Positions 11,247 through 20,000 of a stretch of DNA of 20,000 nt are shown piece by piece. The position numbers and the translations under genes are program-made. The DNA is taken from NCBI GenBank assembly GCA_022813965.1, contig JALDZS010000055.1, positions 107,272-127,271 on the forward strand, given 5' to 3'. This DNA comes from Toensbergia leucococca. Lineage: Eukaryota. The notes under the pieces were generated by a model that was given only the letters and a program-made list of their open reading frames with translations, made no database searches and had not been told where the DNA came from. Within the stretch, counting starts at the first letter, position 1, and each line of letters opens with the position of its first letter.

Positions 11247-12726
11247 CGTGGGGGATTTCGCTGTGGGGTTGGGCTGGCTTGTAATTGGTGGACAGTATGC
11301 TGTTCGAGCTGTATGGAGAAGAATCGAGGTTCTGTTCAAATTCTTGACCTGGATTTAATAGCCGCATGACCGGGCGTTCTTGTTCTCTCTTTCTCCCTTT
11401 CTCTCTTGTCGCCTCTTTTTTCAATCTCTATCCGTGGAGAATGATGAAGAAAGCCCGTGTTTCCCCAATTTTGTCGTTGGTAGCCCATGTTTCTCTTTTC
11501 CCTTTTCCCATGATGACCGGAGCGGGGCTTGCTGATTGGTCGAATTATTTTCCTTGGCTGTCATATAGATGGTTTTCCAACACTCGTTTTACTGTTGCGG
11601 ACAGGGCGCGTTTTCGAGCCCGTTACTACCTAGCCCCCACGACGGGACTGTGAGCGCTGCTGTATTGTATTCTAGGATTTTCTGGTGTGGAAGATGGGGC
11701 ATTGGTAGCATGGCTGCGTGTTTTTCTTCTTTGTTAGCTCTAGCTAGGAATCATGGGTTCTCCTTTTTTTCCCTCTTTTCCTTCTCTATCTTAAACTTCC
11801 GAGGTTAGATTAATGACTCGGAATCAAATCCAAAAAAAAACAATTTTCCATTTTTTTGGATTCGGGAAATATCATGATTTGTGCACCGTATACAAGACTT
11901 GGCTCTTCACATCTGTTGCACTTTTGCACCTCGTCATCACTCATGAGCTTTGAGCTTATGAGACTTTTATTTTGCGCCCCTGGGAGGCTCCGGGGGAGTG
12001 AATTTTAAATTTTTGTACGTAGAGTATGATGCATCAATTTTTCAGCTCTCATGATGTCAATACCTAGTACTCACTGTACGTGACTCAAAACAATACAGCC
12101 TGCAATCTCACAAAAGGTATTTCATCTGCAATTAGACAACATCACATATACATTCATAAGAAAGATCAAACACCAAGATTATGTCTACAAACCCTCAAAT
12201 ACTCTCAAAATAAACTCTCATTCATATAATTCTCACACGTTTGCTCAACCCTCAGATCAGACCCAAGTTCTTCATCTACTCAAGAAAGCAAGTACCATCT
12301 TACTCCTCCCCTTTTTCACCAATTCTCTGAAAATTCATATATTTTGAGATTTGACCTTCTCAAGAGCCAACATGTCAAATCAATGAAAATAAATGTACAA
12401 AAGATAAAAGAGGCAAAAAGGCATTTGGCTTGAGAAGGCTAGTAGGTGCGCGTGGAAGCGTGGCGGCGTCCAGAAACGCCCGTGGTAGGGTCCGATGTAT
12501 GAATGCAATTATGAAGAAGAAAATCTACAAGTACCGCATTTACACGCGAGTCTTGCGTGGATATTGTGTGCCTTGCGCAGTCAGGCTACACTGACTGAAG
12601 TCCAGACCGGGCGGCCTAAGAGGCTGGCTTAGCGCTAGGCTTATCTCTCTCCTCATCGTTATGTGGGTGGTCCATGAAATGGATCCGTGACATGCCGCAA
12701 GGGTTATCTTGACTATCCCTGTTGCA

Positions 12727-15700
12727 TCAATCAGAGCTTTGAGCGGCTTGGACCGCAAGTATCTTTTCGCGAGCCTCTACGATCTTCGAGAGACCGTTGG
12801 CATTGACATTCCGAACATTGTTTGCAATGTTCAGGACTGTGTCACAATGCTGAAGTGCTAGCTTCAGATCACCACGTTTGAAGGCGAGCACGCTCAGACT
12901 CTCGTAAATCAGGAGACGGGTAGAATCGAGGTCGATCCCATCGAGCTGTTCCTCCAACATTTCCAACAGTTCCTGCTCGACCTTCTCGACTTCTTCGAGC
13001 GTTGTCGCTGCCTTTACTCGATCTAGCGTGCTGTAATTAAATACTGCCAAGAAGCCAAAGGGTCCCTGCCTGTTATTTCGGACTTCTTCGATTTCGGACT
13101 TTGTTATACTCAACGCTTTCAGCTGAGCTTCAATTCTATCTCCCGAGGGATCTTTCAGGTGTAGAAGCCGGATCCGAGTACTACTTACCAGAGGTAAGTT
13201 GACATCTGCAAAATCGCTATTGGGAAGGAAATTGTTCGCAATACCTTCCAGCATGGGAGAGTAGTCGCGGTCGATATTCAAGGAGGAGGCATATTGGGCT
13301 GCGTACATGATGGCGATAATACACAGCATCTCGATCATGCCTCTTGCATCAGAAAACACGTCATTATATTTCGTCTTGGTTCTTTTCTTCACCATGTCGA
13401 ATGCTGAAGACCAAGCGCTTAGAAGCATCGAAGGACCTTTCGTAAGAGGAGTTCCGAAAATAGCCAAAAATCTGTTAAGCACATCAAGAACAACTGGCAT
13501 ACGTCGCGGATTGTTTGCCAGGCAAAAGGCCAACTGCCCTACTCGTTTTAAAAGAAAGACATTCCTGTGATCTGCTTTTACCCGAAGAGACAGATTATTC
13601 GCCGTGATATAATTGGCAAATTCAAAACTTAATTGAGCCCTTGCAAAATTCCATGAAGGAGTCATTGCTTCCGTATTCGGCCAATGACGAGATCGATAGT
13701 AGTGAAATCGCTGAAATGCAACTTCAATGGTGTGATTCAGCCATGCCGGCACAGCAAACTGCTGCTGCCTGAGAGCCAAAGACAATAATGGGTGAACTTT
13801 CATATGTATTTCTTCATCATCCGTTGCGCCAGACAAGGTTTTACTCAAAAAGCCTTCTCGCTCGCAAGATTCAAAAGCCGCGGTCATGGGAGCTAGGTTC
13901 GATATATCAGAGTCTTGAAAAGCGCTGCTACCGAACAAGATGCTACGCTCCTTGTTTTCCATCCGCTCAGCAGTATACTTGAGTTGGGATGCAAAACCAG
14001 TGGGCTCATCGGCTTTTGAGATTCGAGCTTTTGCCCATAAGAAAACCAGTCGATATGGGAGAATGTCTAACGGAAAGGTGCGCCAAAAGGGTCTTAGCAG
14101 CCTGAAGTCCGTATCACACACGACTCTCGCTGGATGAGGCCCAATATTCTGGCGGACTAAATGTTGAGCGTCAAGGAAGCCGCGAGACCGGCTGTCTCCA
14201 AACAGGCCTGGCCGCGCTTGGTCTAGAAGTGATCCGTCTGTCAATTTGTTGTAGAATTCCTGAATACCCATACCGGAAGAAACAAATGCTTTCATCAGTA
14301 ATTCGATTGCCAGTGGGTTGCCATCCACAAGATATATACACTGCTCAAGGAACCTACTGTTCATATTACTAGTCATGTCAAGCTCATGTCCACTTTCGAC
14401 TACTTGTTTGGTAGCCATTTGCAGGCTCGATTTCATGTTTAGATTCTTTAGGATATAGGTCACTTTGGCAGCTGCCTTGATCCAGTCCTCCCCATGTCGT
14501 GATATGATAATCACGAAGCTTTTCTTTATCTTCCGCAGAAAGCGACGAAGGGAGCTTTGTCTCTCCGTTGACCCAACCTCATCCTGCATCCGAGCTGCAT
14601 CAAGGCTGTCAATAACAATTAGACATCGATGCTGATTGACGTAGGTCAGAACATTCGCAGAGTTTTCCGTCGAAGTAAGCCCAAAGGCGTATGCGATTGC
14701 GGCTTGAATCTTGACAACATTGAGATCGCCCATTTTGGCACAATCAAGAACCACATAGTCTTCGATAAAACCTGTGGCTTTCCACCAATGACAAAGATGC
14801 TCCACGAAGTATGTTTTCCCAGTACCGGCAGAGCCATTAAGCAGAAGCACGTTTGAAGTCAGTAATTTTGTTTCGATCGCAAGAATATCATCTTCCCTTC
14901 CAAAGAGGTCTAGTTCGTGCTGCGGCGACGCTTCTGATACCAGAACTTCTGGGACATAGAGCTCACTTGAACCGAATGGCAATTTTGAGAATAAGATCGG
15001 TGTAATGGCGTCTTGAATATTCAAAACCATGTTGAATTTAGTACGCCTTTTTGGGTCCTTTCGCATTGCAAAACGAGCAATGCGCGTAGCATCAAACATG
15101 CTCCGTTTGTGTCTCAAAATTTGACGGTAGAGATTTTTTGTAAAGATTGCCGCCGCAGAGTCAAGAATCTCAAATCTCATCCCGATAGCCATCTTTACCC
15201 CTTGTTCAACCATAGATCGAGCAATGTTTGACGTAGCACTCTGCTCCGATGCGGACTGGCATGCATTCAAGACTGCAGCGCCTACCCCATGACTCGCTAA
15301 CAGCTTAGCAATTCGGGATAGAGGTACGTCTTCTGCTCCGACCAGATCTTCGTTTGGAAGAAGGAACTTTAAGAAGGCACTGTGACATTTCGATCAGCTT
15401 TCAAGTGTAATGAACGCATACGGCTTGGCCACTTACTTCCCTTCTAGCACAAAGCCGTGTAGATCAAAGTGAACGATATCATAATGTCCGATGGGATGGC
15501 CTGCGAGTGCTGTCTCTAACGCTAGAAAGGTGCCTGGTCGGACTATCTCCAAAGTTGGAGGATTCGGGTTGCCGTCCTGCTCTTCCCCAATCGTCTCTGA
15601 AATGGTGCGCGTGATCAAACGATATGGTATGTCGCGTTCAAGATTCGGTCGCGCTGAAACAGCCAAAATGTGCTGTCGACTTGACTGGGTCTTGGTTACG

Positions 15701-16164
15701 CCCTGTGCATATGAAAGATCACCAACAGCGTCAAGTGCATCAGCCCTCCGTCCAACTGTGACTCTGCAAGGCCGAAGCTCTGCATTCCATAACATAACAT
15801 CCTCCAATATCTCCCAGTGGATCTGTGAGAGTCTGGGCGAATATCCACCGTAGCCATCTATCTCAATCATCAGGTCGCATCCAAAGAGGTCGGCAAGCAC
15901 GGCGTCAGAAACACAGATGGCTTGGGCAAGAGATGAACCATACGACTGCAGTTTCGTCTCTACCGCTTGGGACCTTCTTACGGAAAACGAGTCATTCCTA
16001 GCGAAATCCTCGATGTACCATCTCAGATCCTCGGAAAATGTATCACTGGGGTCAGCAAAAGTCGGGGGTAGAAGAATAGGGAAGGTTTCATCAATTAGGC
16101 AAGGCCTGATTTGCGCGATCAAGGGGACCTCGCCTTGGATTGCACGGATATTTAGGATGGGCAT
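12727..16164 (-). CDS. NLR-like protein: N-terminal CHAT (caspase-like, clan CD) protease + STAND/NB-ARC-like P-loop NTPase + helical/TPR-like C-terminus; 2 exons, ~1126 aa
   Basis: Exon1 16164-15437 (alternative in-frame ATG at 16236), intron 15436-15380 (GTAAGT..GCTGAT..CACAG, 57 nt), exon2 15379-12727; this joins two ORF-track ORFs in frame. CHAT motifs: DLRWYIEDF, IHWEILED, ILAVSARP, VRPGTFLALE, YDIVHFDLHG (catalytic His, 15459-15457), VLNACQSA (catalytic Cys, 15261-15259), AIGMRFEILDSAAAIFTKNLY. STAND motifs: LFGRE, Walker A GSAGTGKT (14835-14812), Walker B LIVIDSLD, VIIISR, GNPLAIEL (GxP), MKVHPLL (MHD-equivalent). A TPR-like helix pair lies near the C-terminus (LIYESLSVLAFKRGDLKLALQHCDTVL). 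Confidence 0.9.
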
Positions 16165-16625
16165 AGCTGATGTGCTCAGTCTTATGCTCAGCAGGAAAAT
16201 GAAAGGATGATCACTTGCTCTTGAGGCTATGAGCATACCCTTTGGTAGCTAGGTAGGCAGAGCCCCAGGACCGTCCGGTTGGAATTGACTGTCGTGGGCT
16301 AGGCGATGAGAACTTGCTCCTACGAAGCTTTGAGTCAACTGTAGAACTGGCCGGGAAGTAGTACCTCTTTGTATGAAGCCATAGATATTACAGGAGCAAT
16401 ATCACAGTGATGATACTCAATGGCTTGAATAGTGGCTCTGGTTGGTCGATATAATTAGTAAATATTGCTCTCCTGCATGAAGTGCTTCTTTAGGTGCATA
16501 TCTAGCTCTTTGGCACACTTAGAACAATAGAATAGCGATAACAAATCAGGTTTTCCTATGATGGATTTGTTGATAGTTCTAGAGTATCCGTACGGAGTAC
16601 CGACTGCATATGTTAACCATTCAAC
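16165..16625. promoter_or_regulatory. Probable bidirectional promoter region shared by the CHAT-STAND gene and the gasdermin-like gene
   Basis: Only 461 bp separate the divergent start codons (389 bp if the 16236 ATG is used). Contains the palindrome TCCGTACGGA at 16587-16596. Inferred from gene layout only. Confidence 0.55.
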
Positions 16626-17477
16626 ATGTCGACTGAGCCAACTTTTTATCTGCTCCCGCCACTCAATACAATCGCAGTAGAAGACCCACGAGAATGGATT
16701 GGCCGCATTGTGAAGTCTTTCAGTGATCCCGAGGCCAACTTCACACCCGAAAAGCCTCTTCCTCCAGATCAACAGCCAGTTGTAAAGGACGACCCGGGCT
16801 TCTCAGATGTAGAAGAAATCATCGAATTTGCAACGTCCAAGTCGCTGCGACTATCCTTGGTTGACATGCTGCGCATCAGTCATTCCCGTACCGTGACGAA
16901 TGCTCCACAATTCCAATCGACAAAGGTACGAAGGCTTAAATTACAGCACGAAGATAGGTACTGCGAGCGCATCTTGGCCGAGGAGGAGGTGAAAGCTCAG
17001 CTCAAACTATGGCACCGAGTCAGACACCCTGTTTACCTGATCGTCAGCCTACTTGTCTCGGACCAGGTACATTATGCGGAAAAGGCGAATAAGAACACGA
17101 GCCATGATATCACGGCGAAGCCTCCATCTCAACTTGCATCCATAGCTGCAGCCTCTCCTATGCCGATGCCCGACCTTGCACAATACAGTATGTCTACATC
17201 CTCAAAGCGCAAGCTTGGGATGGGACTGACCGCCACTGGAAGGAGGATATTTGCAGTCGAGTACAGAGTGCTTATCAAGAGGCTATTAAGCACGTCTGGT
17301 CAGGTTGACATGAGGCCTGGTGGAGTCCGTGGAGACAGATCTTTTGGACGCGAGGAAGAGGCCATGGGGTCACCAGACACAGAGGAGCAGCAAAGCGAAG
17401 TTATTTCTGACCCGGACCCTTTTTCGAATTTTGTTGAAGAAGGGGAGGAGGATTATTGCTTTGTGATTGATAAGTGA
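16626..17477 (+). CDS. Fungal gasdermin-like pore-forming protein (HET-Q1/RCD-1-like), 283 aa
   Basis: Intronless ORF with CAACATG context. Size and motif order match fungal gasdermins as I recognise them: N-terminal FYLLP..WIGRIVKSFSDP, central PVYLIVSLLV (cf. PVYMITGLKIA), alternating Ser/Thr-rich beta-hairpin-like segments, IFAVEYRVL (cf. VFAYRL), then an acidic C-terminal tail. The adjacent protease gene supports the call. Confidence 0.8.
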   Translation: MSTEPTFYLLPPLNTIAVEDPREWIGRIVKSFSDPEANFTPEKPLPPDQQPVVKDDPGFSDVEEIIEFATSKSLRLSLVDMLRISHSRTVTNAPQFQSTKVRRLKLQHEDRYCERILAEEEVKAQLKLWHRVRHPVYLIVSLLVSDQVHYAEKANKNTSHDITAKPPSQLASIAAASPMPMPDLAQYSMSTSSKRKLGMGLTATGRRIFAVEYRVLIKRLLSTSGQVDMRPGGVRGDRSFGREEEAMGSPDTEEQQSEVISDPDPFSNFVEEGEEDYCFVIDK

Positions 17478-18350
17478 ACACAACTTATCCTGTATCCCAG
17501 GCTCCGTCCCTCAGAACGTTCATAGACTCTAAGATCAGGCAACGTTCTGCTGGGATACTTAAGGAGAGCCGTCTTTCATTTCTTACTCCAATCACGGCCG
17601 AAAATGTCTACGAGCTTGATCACAAAGCTAGTGAGGTGGGCAATCCTTAAGCACGATGCTTGCATTCATTATCCTTCTTTGGAAGCTCAGGCTTCCTCAG
17701 GCGGAGGAAATCAGCAGTTTGATCTCCGTCCACAACCTGAACACCCAGCAATGCCACGACAAGCATGGCACAAGAGAAACTCCTCATTTGAAACAAGGAG
17801 TTCGACGCTGCTCGCAAGGCATGCTGCAATCATGTTGGTAGAGCACTTCACCTGGAACCGCTACAAAGCCATCGTGATCAATCTTTTCACCCGCGTTGTG
17901 GATATAGTTGAGAACTCACTCGGTCACTCCGCAGAGTCTTTGACTGCTTTCATAGCTACACCAAGTCTTGTGGCCCATATGTCTGAGCCACATTGCCATC
18001 TAATCCATATCAGGTTCGATTCCCAATACCGCTGATACAATGGCGAAGGGTTTTCTTGTTCTTTCATAAATATGCACGGAAGAGGTACTCAGTCGCTCCC
18101 TCGCACGTGGAACAACAAGACATCCATCTTACGCACATGCGCTGCCTTGTGAGCTGGCTTGTAACACCAGAGTGTGTCAATCTTTCCTTGGTGTGATCAC
18201 CCGCCATCAGACAACAGCAATCCCAAAAAACGGGCGCAAAAAAATCCAAAAACCACCAGCGTGAATAAACGTCACAAAAAGCTCGTTATTCCTTAAACTA
18301 ACCAGAATTCCGAAAAGGGGGGTTAAAGAGGCATGAAAGCCCAAAGAGCT

Positions 18351-18500
18351 CCCCACACACCCTCCCCACACACCCTCCCTCCCCTCCTTAACCTTTCACT
18401 ACCCGCTCCACTCTCCCCCCCCCCACCCAGGGAAGGAGTCAAATACCTACTCCAAACCCCCAAAAAACTCCGATGCCCCCCCCCCCCCAAAAAAAACAAC
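18351..18500 (+). repeat. C-rich low-complexity tract with homopolymers
   Basis: Duplicated CCCCACACACCCT unit in 18351-18375, C10 at 18415-18424, and C13 at 18476-18488 followed by A8. Confidence 0.75.
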
Positions 18501-18754
18501 CAACCAAAACCAAAAAAATTCCAAAAGCCTGAAATGCGCCACCCCCATGACTCCCACAAAAGCAAAAAAGGATCCGCAACCCCCATATCTCCGCCGCTAT
18601 AAAAAAAAGGGACAGCGTGAAAAAGAAGGCCAGAGATGAAGTCTGGGGAAAGAAAAGAGGCAGACATATTGCCAAAACGTAAAGCAAATAATCACCCCAA
18701 ATCCATACTCAAGACCCAAACCCCTAGCACAATCGTATCCAACACCCCCAACCC

Positions 18755-19843
18755 TCAACCCCCATTCCCCACTCCCCCGCCCCCACCCCCCACATACTCT
18801 CGCCCCCTCCTCGATCTCCTCGTCGCTCGCCCACTCCGCCTCGGCAACACCAGCCCCTCCGCCCCGGCCTCACCCGCCTCAAACCCAACAGTATCCTCCC
18901 TCACAGAACGCACCTCCTTCTCTCCCCCAGCATCCACACTCGTCGTCGCATCTACTGCCATATCCGTAGCCGCTTTCTGGGCGCGGCGTTGCCTCTTGCG
19001 GCTTGCGTCGGACGGTTTCATGTAGACGGGCAGGACGGCGGTGGCGGCGAAGTTGCAGCCGGGGGTGCGCTGGAGGCCGGCTTGAGAGACTTTGATGCCG
19101 GGCATAGGGTTTTTTGTGGTGTGGGGGGCTGGGGGAGGTTTTGAGTCTTCATCTGTGGAGTTGTGGTCTGGATTTTCTTTTTTGCGGTGGGGTGCGGTGG
19201 GGTTGAGGGGGGAGGGCTTTGGTTTTGCATCTGGGAATTTGGGCTCATGGGTCTGTTTTTTGGAGCGGTCCAATTCTCCTTCGGACTCGGTCATGTCTAC
19301 GTCTTCGTGCTGCTCTTTATTATTGTAGGACGTCGCAGAGTCTTGTTTCTCCGTCCTGGTTTCATTATCATGATTCAGTCTTTCAAGAACCTTGTTCCTC
19401 CTATGTTCTTGAAATCGTTTGACCTGATCATAGCTCAAACAATTTTCCAGCTCTTGGGCCGCGGATCCGCGTCTCACTTGTATTGTCAATCCGTTGCGTC
19501 TATGCCTCAGCGGGACTATCGGAGCCTTGTGGTAGTCAGCTACAGTCTTTTGTGGCGGCGACTGGATAGCCATGAGAGCGGTAGCGGCTTCGAGGCTGAA
19601 GTCCCGAGGATGTAACGAAATGTCTAGCAGGGTATTAGCAGCCTCGAGGGTAGAGCTCCAAGCGTTTGGTTCGCTATCAGGGAAAGGTGCTTGATCGCGT
19701 GAAATCTTGCACAGTATAAGAGCAGCCTCGCGATTTGCATCTGGGATGATCAGAGACGAATTTTCGAGGCCTTCGCACCATTTGCGAGGAGAAGATTGAG
19801 GGACGGATGTTAGGAGGGAATCGGATTCAGCGATGACGGCCAT
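18755..19843 (-). CDS. Hypothetical, largely disordered protein, 362 aa; three EAAxxL motifs near the N-terminus and basic NLS-like clusters
   Basis: ATG in strong context (GCCATGG) with a long open frame. Contains EAALILCKIS, EAANTLLDIS, EAATALMAIQS and the basic patches RKRQRR and RRSGRATRRSRR. The 3' end lies in G-rich low-complexity sequence, so the exact stop is less certain. Confidence 0.6.
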   Translation of the reverse strand: MAVIAESDSLLTSVPQSSPRKWCEGLENSSLIIPDANREAALILCKISRDQAPFPDSEPNAWSSTLEAANTLLDISLHPRDFSLEAATALMAIQSPPQKTVADYHKAPIVPLRHRRNGLTIQVRRGSAAQELENCLSYDQVKRFQEHRRNKVLERLNHDNETRTEKQDSATSYNNKEQHEDVDMTESEGELDRSKKQTHEPKFPDAKPKPSPLNPTAPHRKKENPDHNSTDEDSKPPPAPHTTKNPMPGIKVSQAGLQRTPGCNFAATAVLPVYMKPSDASRKRQRRAQKAATDMAVDATTSVDAGGEKEVRSVREDTVGFEAGEAGAEGLVLPRRSGRATRRSRRGREYVGGGGGGVGNGG

Positions 19844-20000
19844 GGCGTATCGTGCGGCTTGAGCGAAAGGAAGAGGGAAAGGGTCTTGATCTGGTTCAAA
19901 CGAAGGATTTGGGTTTCGAGGTTACGAACAAACAAGTAAAAGTGCGACAACTTTGCAGTGATTGAGTGAGTGGGAGGACGATAATATTGCGGAAAGCGAA

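Noticed and set aside
9703..11424. Alternative-frame and antisense ORFs inside the DnaJ gene, and a (CCTCAA)3 microrepeat at 10281-10298
   Set aside because: Shadow ORFs of a low-complexity coding region; the repeat simply encodes PQPQPQ.
11827..11862. 12-bp stem hairpin AATCCAAAAAAA / TTTTTTTGGATT downstream of the DnaJ gene
   Set aside because: Mostly A/T homopolymer pairing, and bacterial-style terminators are not relevant in a fungal locus.
13307..16210. Plus-strand ORFs of 63-120 aa antisense to the CHAT-STAND gene
   Set aside because: Antisense shadows of a well-supported long CDS, with no motifs.
16455..16772. 105-aa minus ORF overlapping the gasdermin start
   Set aside because: Non-ATG start, antisense overlap with a better-supported gene, and no motif.
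18323..19615. Pro-rich or Gly/Phe-rich ORFs on both strands
   Set aside because: By-products of C/G-skewed low-complexity sequence, or antisense to the 18755-19843 CDS.

Overview
Eukaryotic window, most likely a filamentous ascomycete: short GT..AG introns with CTRAY branch points and Pezizomycotina-type genes. Eight supportable protein-coding genes: a 3-exon AhpC/TSA-like CxxC redoxin (-), an F-box-like hypothetical protein (+), a secreted SEST-like SGNH esterase (+), a 2-exon calcineurin-like metallophosphoesterase (+), a J-domain protein with a long disordered tail (+), a 2-exon CHAT (caspase-like) protease-STAND NTPase-helical protein (-), a fungal gasdermin-like protein (+), and a low-complexity hypothetical protein (-). 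The highlight is the head-to-head pair at 12727-17477. An NLR-like protein carries an intact CHAT His/Cys dyad that the ORF track splits across an intron. It is divergently transcribed with a 283-aa gasdermin-like gene that has an acidic ~43-aa C-terminal tail after a candidate DRSF|G cleavage site. Together they suggest a compact sensor-protease-pore cell-death (immune/allorecognition) module. Also seen: a MITE-like element with terminal inverted repeats and an internal duplication (5695-6118), a possible decayed spliced gene (3685-4105), and a triplicated EAAxxL motif in the last gene. All family assignments come from motif recognition by eye; no database searches were run.
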